A stretch of 35,807 nucleotides of DNA from a virus (lineage: Duplodnaviria > Caudoviricetes): the IMG/VR virus record IMGVR_UViG_3300035491_000275, positions 1 through 35,807 of that record; one strand, 5' to 3'. Positions 27,199 through 34,931 of the stretch are shown piece after piece (position 1 is the stretch's first letter; each line of letters begins with the position of its first letter). The notes under the pieces were generated by a model. It did not search any database. It saw only the letters and a list, made by a program, of their open reading frames with translations, and was not told where the DNA came from. The translations under genes and the position numbers were made by a program.

Positions 27199-27663
27199 TC
27201 AGAACTTGCCGCTGGCGGTGTAGGACTCGGTGATGTGTTGGATCACCTTCTTCAGATCACCACGCTTGGCAGAGGCACCGGATTCCAGCTTCAGTTGACC
27301 AGAACCGAACTTGGTGCGCTCTTCGCCAGTTTGCGGGTTGCGGACCTGGGTGGCGCGATCGACGGCAGCTTTCAGGTTGTTGTTGCCGAAGACCAGGGTG
27401 GCAGTGGTGCGAGTCAGGTTCTTGTCAATTTCCATCATAGACATGGACTTGTTACCCAGACCCAGCAGCAGGCCGGCACCAAAGGCAGCTTCTTCGTCCT
27501 GGACCTTCCTGATCACATCCAGGTTCAGCTCTTCCGGCAGGTTGTCGGAGACGAAGGTCTCGGGCAGTACGCTGGCACCATCATCATCCAGGGTGATCGC
27601 AGCTTCGATCTTTTCAGCGAGTTCGCGGGCACGGGGATTGATCTTGGACAGTACATCGCTCAT
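27199..27663 (-). CDS. Hypothetical protein (154 aa), likely abundant
   Basis: AGGAG upstream, strong codon bias, own promoter motif. Confidence 0.85.
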   Translation of the reverse strand: MSDVLSKINPRARELAEKIEAAITLDDDGASVLPETFVSDNLPEELNLDVIRKVQDEEAAFGAGLLLGLGNKSMSMMEIDKNLTRTTATLVFGNNNLKAAVDRATQVRNPQTGEERTKFGSGQLKLESGASAKRGDLKKVIQHITESYTASGKF

Positions 27664-27771
27664 GAGTATTACTCCTGGTTTTCATCAATGAAATTTCAAC
27701 ACGTGTTGTTGCGTGCATACCTTAGGGACGACCTAGTATTTATTTACTATAGTCGGTAAGCTGCACCTGTA

Positions 27772-27801
27772 TGATGTAGTTTTATAAGGGATTTCAATAG
27801 A
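27772..27801 (-). promoter_or_regulatory. Phage promoter motif
   Basis: TCTATTGAAATCCCTTATAAAACTACATCA. Confidence 0.65.
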
Positions 27802-27826
27802 ACTGATGAAAAAAAACAAAAAAAAA

Positions 27827-27855
27827 AGAAAGACCCGCACTAGGCAGGTCTTTCT
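27827..27855 (-). terminator. Intrinsic terminator
   Basis: AGAAAGACC.GC/GC.GGTCTTTCT stem with a long U-tract on the minus strand. Confidence 0.75.
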
Positions 27856-27871
27856 CTGGTGACTGGGTCGG

Positions 27872-28120
27872 TTAGGACCCAGTCACCTGCACTGTCTTCA
27901 GCTCGGCAGGAATGGCGGCCACATAGCCGCCGTTGATGAGCGCATTGATGCGCTCGCCTTCCCGCTTGGCGCGGGCTTCTGCCTTAGCCGCTTTGCGGTC
28001 TTTTCGACCGACAGCATAATAAGTACCGCCGCCAATCACGGCGACGGCGGCCACACCGATCGCCGCAGCGGCGATCGGATTTTCTTTTGCAGCTTCTACA
28101 ACAGTGGTGATGATAGACAT
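27872..28120 (-). CDS. 82-aa single-pass membrane protein
   Basis: Start revised to ATG 28120 (GAAGGA upstream); ENPIAAAAIGVAAVAVIGGGTYY followed by a basic helix. Confidence 0.8.
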   Translation of the reverse strand: MSIITTVVEAAKENPIAAAAIGVAAVAVIGGGTYYAVGRKDRKAAKAEARAKREGERINALINGGYVAAIPAELKTVQVTGS

Positions 28121-28151
28121 TTTGAGTTTCCTTCTTTCGATGAGGGGGGGG

Positions 28152-28304
28152 TTACACACGAGTGGCGCCGCGAGGACGCTCACTCTTTTGGTTAGAAGAA
28201 CCCTTGCCACAGTTACGAGTGGCAAAGGCGATGAGTGCTACAAAGGCCAGGGTGCCCAGTAGCAGACTACAATCAGTCAGCCAGGAGGGATTACCGCCAA
28301 TCAC
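28152..28304 (-). CDS. 50-aa single-pass membrane protein (not in ORF track)
   Basis: GTG overlapping the upstream TGA, AAGGAGG upstream: MIGGNPSWLTDCSLLLGTLAFVALIAFATRNCGKGSSNQKSERPRGATRV*. Confidence 0.65.
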   Translation of the reverse strand: MIGGNPSWLTDCSLLLGTLAFVALIAFATRNCGKGSSNQKSERPRGATRV

Positions 28305-28420
28305 TTGACTTCCTCCTTCTTGGCAGCCAGTTTCTGCTCAGCCATATCGCGCTGAGCACCGGCTCGCTTGAGGGCGTAACCAATGGCTACACCCACGCCC
28401 AGAAAGATCAGTTCTTTCAT
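28301..28420 (-). CDS. 39-aa single-pass membrane protein
   Basis: Start revised to ATG 28420 (AAGGAG upstream): MKELIFLGVGVAIGYALKRAGAQRDMAEQKLAAKKEEVK*. Confidence 0.75.
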   Translation of the reverse strand: MKELIFLGVGVAIGYALKRAGAQRDMAEQKLAAKKEEVK

Positions 28421-28512
28421 GATAGTTCTCCTTATAGAACCAGTTGGTGAATGGAAGTTTTTACTCTTCCGTATCACCTGTACAATGTATTGTTGAAAAA
28501 TATTCGAATAGA
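28421..28512 (-). promoter_or_regulatory. Phage promoter (28483-28512) plus two-hairpin 5' leader
   Basis: TCTATTCGAATATTTTTCAACAATACATTG; hairpins GGAAG/CTTCC and GTTCT/AGAAC around the SD. Confidence 0.75.
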
Positions 28513-28530
28513 CTTTAATACATCGATACG

Positions 28531-28561
28531 GCATAGAGAGGAGGGTGATCCCTCCTCTCTA
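28531..28561 (-). terminator. GCATAG-family hairpin
   Basis: TAGAGAGGAGGG-TGAT-CCCTCCTCTCTA after the stop at 28570. Confidence 0.8.
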
Positions 28562-28569
28562 CCCGTCAC

Positions 28570-29817
28570 TTAACTGAAAGCAGCACCAGCGCCAGCCATG
28601 GCCAGGGCACGAGCGCTATGGGACACTACATGGTAAACACCGTTGGTCATACTCCAGCCGAACGCAGAGGCACGGGCGATGGATTTACGTACGTCTTTCG
28701 GCAGGTGATTGACGTTCTTCAGATCCTCAATGAGTTTCTTGTGTACAGTGCTCTTCTTGATGGAGTTGGTTCGCTGACCATATACCTTTTCAGCTGAACG
28801 CAAATATCCTTCCAGAGAGGTAGCAAGGCTCTTAAGTGGAATCTCTCGTTTCTTTCCACCAGCCAGGGAAATGGCAACCACGATAGCACCACCCAAAAGG
28901 CTGACGAAGAGAGCACCAACCACACCGACAGCAAACAGAGTGCTACGGATGAGACCCAGATTCGGTGTACCGGCACCGAATGAATATTTCTTGTTCCACT
29001 CGCCAAGAGAACCTGATTCACCCTTGATCTTGACGCCGAAAGAACGGTTACCGAACATGGGATAACCGTTCAGATCCTGGCCGATCTGATCCAGGTTCAG
29101 TTTCAGTGAACGGATCTGTTCACGTGCCTTGTCAGCAGCACCGACATCATTCCAGTTAGTTTTGATGGCGATATCAGCAGCGCGTTGAGCAGTCGAGAGT
29201 ACATGGTCAGCGTGTTTCATCGTCAACTCGAGACCAGAGGAGACACCGTTAATTGCTTTCGGTAGATCATCTGGGACACCGCCGCCGATGCGGATGAATT
29301 GTTTGATTGGACCCAGATTGAGAGTTTTTACCTTCTCAATATCCTCGCTTTTCATAACCGCGATGACCTTCTTCATGATAGCGAGGTCTTTACCGAGACC
29401 ATTCAGTGTCCTACCTGCAACAAAGAACCCTTCCAGAGAGGCAGTAACCTTATCATCCAACCCATTGCGATAGGTAGTGATCTGTTCGACAAGTCGATCC
29501 TTATCGACACCAGAGAATTCGTTCAGATTCTCCATCGAGATCTCTTGATCAATGGCACCGTAACGCATACCGATAGCGTTGACAATACCCTGAGCAACTG
29601 CCAGCTGCTCCATGGATACATCATCACCTTCCACCAGTGCTTTGGCTTTGTCAAGTGTGTCGATATCATTCTCGACATGTTCGATTTCGTCATTCGCTTG
29701 TTGATCGGTGACGGTGTCGTCGATCTGATCATTCGCGATCTCTTCGATAATGCGATCGGTTTCTTCGATGTCTTCCATAGACGGTTTGAACAGATCAGCC
29801 AGAATATTGTTACTCAT
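28570..29817 (-). CDS. Putative inner-head/ejection protein with acidic propeptide
   Basis: 415 aa; D/E-rich N-terminus containing SME three times and SLE once, basic mature region, one long hydrophobic segment; near the head protease gene. Confidence 0.75.
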   Translation of the reverse strand: MSNNILADLFKPSMEDIEETDRIIEEIANDQIDDTVTDQQANDEIEHVENDIDTLDKAKALVEGDDVSMEQLAVAQGIVNAIGMRYGAIDQEISMENLNEFSGVDKDRLVEQITTYRNGLDDKVTASLEGFFVAGRTLNGLGKDLAIMKKVIAVMKSEDIEKVKTLNLGPIKQFIRIGGGVPDDLPKAINGVSSGLELTMKHADHVLSTAQRAADIAIKTNWNDVGAADKAREQIRSLKLNLDQIGQDLNGYPMFGNRSFGVKIKGESGSLGEWNKKYSFGAGTPNLGLIRSTLFAVGVVGALFVSLLGGAIVVAISLAGGKKREIPLKSLATSLEGYLRSAEKVYGQRTNSIKKSTVHKKLIEDLKNVNHLPKDVRKSIARASAFGWSMTNGVYHVVSHSARALAMAGAGAAFS

Positions 29818-31136
29818 TTTTGAGTTTCCTTCTTTTCACGTTTTTCTACGGCAGCCAGCACCTGACTAGCCAGTTCGGTCACACGATGGTACATATAAGT
29901 AGCATGGTCCTCAAGGACCATCGCCAAAGCACGGGCTACAAAGATGTGATGTGCTACACTCCGGGTAGCTGCTTTATGGAGTGAACGCAGATCTTGCATC
30001 CGGGTAGCATTTTCCTTGATACTCTTCTCAGAGTTGACATTATCGTAAGCACGATCCATGTCATTACTCAGATGGGCGAGTTTGTCGTTCATGACCGATG
30101 CCATGCTGGCAAACTTACCGGCCTTCTGATTCAGACCCATGGCTTGATCAAGTAACTTAATCAGGTCATTGGCAGGTACGATACCACCAGTGGCTTTAAC
30201 TTGGGCATTGACCGCCTGAGTAGCCTTGATGAAGTTCATCCCCTCGACACCCTTGACTGATTTCAAGGGACCGCCAATAACGAACCCATGGACCTTCTTC
30301 TGCGCCAGCTGGTTAAAGAGGTTATTCTCTCCTTTACCATCGACCTTACCGGGACTGACGGTACTTTTGTCTTCCCTGAATTTTGGGAACCCTCGGCGAT
30401 CAATGGCAATTTCTTTACTACCGAGTAAAGAGAACTTGGTCAGAGAATCCAGCGCATTGCGATCCAATAGATTGTTGTTGAGGTAATCGATGGCATCGCG
30501 GATAGTGTCACTGGAATCAGACTGACTGGCATCACGTACGTGTTTGGCCAGTTCAGTCGCCTTCTCAACGACATCGTGATAATGCTTATTACAGGCATCG
30601 ATGAACTTAAGATCAGGTGCCAGTAGATTACCTTCTAACTTGACAGGTTTACCAGCTCGCATCAGAAACCGGTAGAGAGATTTACCAGTGATAACGACAG
30701 GTTTCTTCTCAATCTCTTCTTTACCAGCATTCACCCGACTTTTCAGCTCAGCAATATCTTTACCACCTGTCTTGATCAGGTTCTTGATACTGTTGAATGC
30801 CTTGGTCATCGCCCTGAAAGGATCTGATTCCATCGATACAGTAGCGAGACTCTCCATGGTAGAGACCATCTCACTCATCAACTCGGTACCGGTCTGTGCG
30901 TTACCGTCGACCAGATGCATGTTATTAGATCGCCATGTTTTATAGCGATCCTCCGCCAGCAGAGTGTCCACTACATCGCCATCAGACATGGCAATTGTTT
31001 CAATACACTCTTCTACTTCATGACGACCTTCACACACCGCATCCAATTCAGACAGTGACTCTATAGCCACATTGACTGAATTGGATGTCAGGTCTTCGTA
31101 CGCACTATCCAGGTATTTTTGGATAGATGTTGACAT
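29814..31136 (-). CDS. Putative inner-head protein with acidic propeptide
   Basis: About 440 aa; acidic N-terminus ending in TMES...VSMES, then a basic region; start 31136 after GGAG (ORF track gives 31145). Confidence 0.75.
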   Translation of the reverse strand: MSTSIQKYLDSAYEDLTSNSVNVAIESLSELDAVCEGRHEVEECIETIAMSDGDVVDTLLAEDRYKTWRSNNMHLVDGNAQTGTELMSEMVSTMESLATVSMESDPFRAMTKAFNSIKNLIKTGGKDIAELKSRVNAGKEEIEKKPVVITGKSLYRFLMRAGKPVKLEGNLLAPDLKFIDACNKHYHDVVEKATELAKHVRDASQSDSSDTIRDAIDYLNNNLLDRNALDSLTKFSLLGSKEIAIDRRGFPKFREDKSTVSPGKVDGKGENNLFNQLAQKKVHGFVIGGPLKSVKGVEGMNFIKATQAVNAQVKATGGIVPANDLIKLLDQAMGLNQKAGKFASMASVMNDKLAHLSNDMDRAYDNVNSEKSIKENATRMQDLRSLHKAATRSVAHHIFVARALAMVLEDHATYMYHRVTELASQVLAAVEKREKKETQK

Positions 31137-31138
31137 AC

Positions 31139-31918
31139 TTACCATCTCCAGCTGGACGGTACCTGAGCACGGATAGGACGTTCCAGTTCAGCGATCATAC
31201 TGAACATGTTACCCGTCGTCTCCATGGACACACCCTGGTTAATTTGGGCGGCTCGTTCTGCTTCTTTACGCAGGGTATCGGTAAAGAACGATGTTTCCAG
31301 TTCAGCATCAGTGATGATCTCATCCCCACCCAGACTTTCCAGAGACGGGCTATGGAATTTACTGGAATTTTTGATGCCTGGTTCGTTCACATTGTCCCAG
31401 GTAACGATCTTTTTGAGCATCTTGGTCTTGACGCCACCGATTACTCGATCTTCAGTAAAAGAACGGATAGAGAAACACACATCCTCATCTTTGTTCTCCA
31501 GCTGACGATCGAACCACTCACTACCTTTACCAGAGGCCTTCACTTCACCCAGAATAAGGGTGATCGGACGCCCACGTTCATCTTTACCCGGTACCAGATG
31601 AATCCGACGGATATGGAAACAGACGTTGGGTTCGTAGATATCATTGACTCGACTGAACCACTGGAGTTGGGTCATGCCTGGCTGGAAACGGGGATGACCT
31701 GCTTCACCACGCAGCGCAGCTGTCATGATTCGACGCATCATACCGTCCGAACCTTCCAGCAAACGCCGACCATCTTCCTCACGATACAACCAGCCTGCTG
31801 AGTTGAATGCACCCAATGCACCCAACCGCACTTCACGATATCCGTTATCCAAGACAGGTAAGTCACCCACCTTGTTAATCCCTTGCAGGACATTGCATTG
31901 ATATACAATTCGTTCCAT
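31139..31918 (-). CDS. Prohead/head maturation serine protease (phiKZ gp175-like)
   Basis: GEAGHP (His), FSIRS (Ser), TWDNVNEPGI (Asp); C-terminal SLE and SME candidate self-cleavage sites. Confidence 0.9.
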   Translation of the reverse strand: MERIVYQCNVLQGINKVGDLPVLDNGYREVRLGALGAFNSAGWLYREEDGRRLLEGSDGMMRRIMTAALRGEAGHPRFQPGMTQLQWFSRVNDIYEPNVCFHIRRIHLVPGKDERGRPITLILGEVKASGKGSEWFDRQLENKDEDVCFSIRSFTEDRVIGGVKTKMLKKIVTWDNVNEPGIKNSSKFHSPSLESLGGDEIITDAELETSFFTDTLRKEAERAAQINQGVSMETTGNMFSMIAELERPIRAQVPSSWRW

Positions 31919-31925
31919 AACAACC

Positions 31926-32672
31926 TCAGGTTCTCAAATGCTTTTCGGTGTACTCTACCCGATCACTTGGGTTGACGATAGCACTAGTCATACCTTCATC
32001 GAATCGACTACCTACCAGTTTGGAGATAACACCACTACCACCATAACTCACGTTACGTAACGGAATGTAGAGTGGAGGGGATGTCTCGATTTCCTCCAGA
32101 GACTGGATGATTTGACGGTAGAATACGTTCGGATCATCATGGTCACGACAAATGGTAGCCGCGATGATCTCATTAACAGTAGGGGTCTTACCAATACGCA
32201 CACCTGCATGTTTAGGTGCTGATTGGAAGATGGCTCCAATCTCATCATACCGCATGTACCATGGGATGCGAGCTTTCGCCAGAAATTCGTCGTAGATACG
32301 ATAGAGGATGTTATCGATCTTCACCAATTGCTCGCTGGCAATGATCTTGTCACCTGGTTCGTATTGCATTTCGATATATTCGATATCGTCGACTACAACA
32401 CTCCCCACCATGGATGGTTCACTTCGAAGTGGGGCACAGATACTGGACGCCATGTAATACGTGTCATCCAGAATGATAGCGCAGAAACCAAGGAATGTGA
32501 TTTCTTCTTCGAACACAGCCAGCCCGCGTTGAGGAAAACGTGCTGGGATTTGGAGTTTCAATGGTTTCATCGCTACCCGAGAACCATCATCAGCACGCTG
32601 GATGGCTTTATGTACTCGCGCAGCATCACGGATGTATTGCTTAGATGAAATACCCATTTCTTGATTTCCCAA
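31926..32672 (-). CDS. phiKZ gp176-like protein; probable small virion RNAP subunit related to the beta' C-terminus
   Basis: 248 aa (start possibly 32657), between protease and RNAP genes; C-terminal SGVISKLVGSRFDEGMTSAIV resembles the beta' end region. Confidence 0.6.
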   Translation of the reverse strand: MGNQEMGISSKQYIRDAARVHKAIQRADDGSRVAMKPLKLQIPARFPQRGLAVFEEEITFLGFCAIILDDTYYMASSICAPLRSEPSMVGSVVVDDIEYIEMQYEPGDKIIASEQLVKIDNILYRIYDEFLAKARIPWYMRYDEIGAIFQSAPKHAGVRIGKTPTVNEIIAATICRDHDDPNVFYRQIIQSLEEIETSPPLYIPLRNVSYGGSGVISKLVGSRFDEGMTSAIVNPSDRVEYTEKHLRT

Positions 32673-32675
32673 ATA

Positions 32676-32697
32676 AGGGGAGGGTTAACCCTCCCCT
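32676..32697 (-). terminator. Hairpin
   Basis: Palindrome AGGGGAGGGTTAACCCTCCCCT followed by TATTT on the minus strand. Confidence 0.65.
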
Positions 32698-32700
32698 GAC

Positions 32701-34047
32701 TTATGCTTGGACCAGGCCCAGTTGTCTGACCAACCAGCGACTGATGTACTTGTAAGTCGCCATCAGTGCAATTTCGCGAGGATCAGTGTCTTCCGCCACA
32801 GTCCGACCAACGTGGTTCATCGTAGCGATAAATACCAGCGCATCGGTACCTGGGTAGAACAATTCACACACCAGCTCAGTGACCATCTGATGGATATCGT
32901 CGCAATTCTTCTCGCTGACGTTGGCCACCATCTTCTTCAGCGAGTTGATGGACGCTTCTGCTTCTTCACCAAAGCGTTCATTGCATTTACGGGTAAAGAT
33001 GGTAGTCAGGATCTGGCGAGTAACGCCGACCATCTCAGCCTGAACTCGCAGTCCACGCAGACTCATCTCACGAGCATAGACTTTCTCCAGCTCATCTTTC
33101 TTCTCGATCAACTGACCTTGAGAGAAACGCCGGCCAGCCATCTCGTTACCAATGACAGCCTCGGGAGTCAGACCCTGATCCAGCATCTTGCGATAAGTTT
33201 TACCCATCACATTGATGACACTCAGCGATTCGCGTTTCTTGGTACTGTAGAGCAGACCAGCACGATCGTTGACTGCATTACGCATCATTACCGCACGTAC
33301 CATGGTAGCAGTCACACCGAGCAACTTGTTGACCTGAGCATTATAATCACTCAGCGACAGATTGACGCCAGCACAAGGTTCGTTGTAAATAGCGGCTGCC
33401 ATGACCAGCAGACCAGGAAGGTAGTCGGGGTCGATTTCACTTGGTACCATCTCACCGATCAGGACCTTGCGAATCTGCGCATAACCCTCATTGTTCTTCA
33501 GACTCAGACCGGTGGCGAGTTCTTTATCAAAACCCTCCATACCAGTCTTACACAGCTCGATGACCGTATCGATATCCACCGGATACAGGATGCGAGAAGC
33601 ATACTGGGTGTTGTCAGCCGGATAGCGGTTGGCCAGAGCTTCCAGGGCACCGTTGCTGTAGACAGCCGGGATTTCGACCATGTTGATGGTGTACGGCAGG
33701 ATAGCAGATACTCGTCGAGCTGATATCTGTTCTTGTACCTGAGGAACAATTTCTTTGATTTCAGGCAGAACCTTTTCACGCACGGTCTGATGTAGACGAG
33801 ATACTGCAGCTGCACCCAGATCAATGATGTCCTGTTTGACGGCGCCATGAAGATCAGATGAGGAACGATCTTGTACCAGTTGAATCAGGTCAGCACCTTG
33901 ATCCAGACATTCACCCACCAGGCTGAAATCAGTAGCCTGTACCAGGTTCATCAATGGAGTGCCATCATTAGGCAGTACCCGCAGACCCCGCTCATCCAGG
34001 TTCTGGGCAATCGGAAGAATGGCTTCGATGGAAAGACGATTAAGCAT
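32701..34047 (-). CDS. Virion/head protein (phiKZ gp177-like by synteny)
   Basis: Start revised to ATG 34047 (MLNRLSIEA, GAGG upstream), 448 aa, strong codon bias. Confidence 0.75.
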   Translation of the reverse strand: MLNRLSIEAILPIAQNLDERGLRVLPNDGTPLMNLVQATDFSLVGECLDQGADLIQLVQDRSSSDLHGAVKQDIIDLGAAAVSRLHQTVREKVLPEIKEIVPQVQEQISARRVSAILPYTINMVEIPAVYSNGALEALANRYPADNTQYASRILYPVDIDTVIELCKTGMEGFDKELATGLSLKNNEGYAQIRKVLIGEMVPSEIDPDYLPGLLVMAAAIYNEPCAGVNLSLSDYNAQVNKLLGVTATMVRAVMMRNAVNDRAGLLYSTKKRESLSVINVMGKTYRKMLDQGLTPEAVIGNEMAGRRFSQGQLIEKKDELEKVYAREMSLRGLRVQAEMVGVTRQILTTIFTRKCNERFGEEAEASINSLKKMVANVSEKNCDDIHQMVTELVCELFYPGTDALVFIATMNHVGRTVAEDTDPREIALMATYKYISRWLVRQLGLVQA

Positions 34048-34255
34048 TGCCGCGACCCTCGATGGCATTGTTGATCTCTGCTGCGTACAGCGCAGACAGT
34101 GTACGGTCATTGACAGCGACACCATCAAGATGGTTGGAAATCATGTTACCGGACACCTTGTTAGTGATTTCGACGGCGATGTCCACTGCATTACCCATGA
34201 TAGCGACATTGTCGAACATGACGCTCGGGTTCTTGAAAGGAAGTTCTTTACTCAT
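34040..34255 (-). CDS. Hypothetical protein (71 aa)
   Basis: Fills the gap between the hairpin and the 34047 start and overlaps it by 8 nt. Confidence 0.65.
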   Translation of the reverse strand: MSKELPFKNPSVMFDNVAIMGNAVDIAVEITNKVSGNMISNHLDGVAVNDRTLSALYAAEINNAIEGRGNA

Positions 34256-34290
34256 GAGGAGTATCCCTGTCGTTACGATGCTAAAAAGAA

Positions 34291-34318
34291 TGGGTGGGGA
34301 TCATAAGATCCCCACCCA
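34291..34318 (-). terminator. Intrinsic terminator after the RNAP gene
   Basis: TGGGTGGGGATC/GATCCCCACCCA followed by TTCTTTTT. Confidence 0.8.
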
Positions 34319-34325
34319 ATGAACA

Positions 34326-34538
34326 CTATTTATCTTCCAGCCACATTTTGGCAGCTATTTCGCCAATCCCTTGCTGGACAGAAATGGACATGCCGATCAA
34401 CAGTGCTGACTCAACGATACGATCCATAATAGACTTGGCACCGAAGATAGCACGGACAGGACGACCAGATTCAGTTTCATTGATTCCGGATAAGCGATGA
34501 CCGATTACTGTCTTCATCTGGTTAGAGAAGACGGCTTT
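34326..34538 (-). CDS. Virion RNA polymerase beta subunit, 3' exon
   Basis: KAVFSNQMKTVIG...ESGRPVRAIFG..SIMDRI aligns by eye to bacterial beta KMAGRHGNKGVIS...DG.PVDIVL..GVPSRM. Confidence 0.88.
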   Translation of the reverse strand, partial: KAVFSNQMKTVIGHRLSGINETESGRPVRAIFGAKSIMDRIVESALLIGMSISVQQGIGEIAAKMWLEDK

Positions 34539-34931
34539 CCTATTGTCCAGTTAGTTCGCTACACTAACCCGGTGTGCTCAGACACCCGCACACGATCTCC
34601 CGTGTGAGCAGACTATATCTTCACCCTCAGATGTAGGGTGTCTCCCGTTTCCCTTCTGCTAGAAGGTACAGACTGGCAAAGTCTTAGTCGTTGAACCTTC
34701 CCCATATCTCAAAGGACTTAGGGGCTTGGCTGCTAAAGGAGCTTATGCTCACGGTTACCTCTATTTCTGACCTTTTCACTGTACCTTCTCTCTTTCGAGG
34801 AAGGGTAGTAGTCAGAACCTGACGAGGCTTTCCAGCAGTTAGAGAGAATACTCGTTGATTATTACTAATCAAGAGGACTGTATATTTCTTTCTTAGAAGT
34901 CTCACTAAACTTCATCTAAGAAAGTATTTCA
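34539..34931 (-). ncRNA. Group I self-splicing intron (IA2-like), 393 nt, no homing endonuclease
   Basis: Exon ends in U and intron ends in G. P AACTGCTGGAAA (34829-40), Q TTTAGCAGCC (34728-37), R GTTCAACGACTA (34685-96), S AAGATATAGTC (34611-21). Guide sequence CAGTC (34876-80) pairs with GAU|UG through a U-G wobble. Removal restores GDK in frame. Confidence 0.93.

Noticed and set aside
28144-28151. G8 homopolymer as a phase-variation tract
   Set aside because: It is intergenic, just after a stop codon and outside both the promoter and the SD-ATG spacer, so slippage would have no obvious effect.
23550-28561. GCATAGAG palindromes as a CRISPR array or integron attC sites
   Set aside because: Copies are separated by whole genes at irregular distances, no cas or integrase gene is present, and no GTTRRRY core was seen.
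32707-33723. 338-aa + strand ORF
   Set aside because: Antisense shadow of the gp177-like gene.
34684-34905. 73-aa ORF inside the intron as a possible homing endonuclease
   Set aside because: It overlaps the ribozyme core (P2-P7), has no HNH, GIY-YIG or LAGLIDADG motif and no RBS.
34326-34931. RNAP gene as a pseudogene, naturally split gene or TGA read-through
   Set aside because: Complete group I elements and exact in-frame restoration of GDK explain the interruption better.
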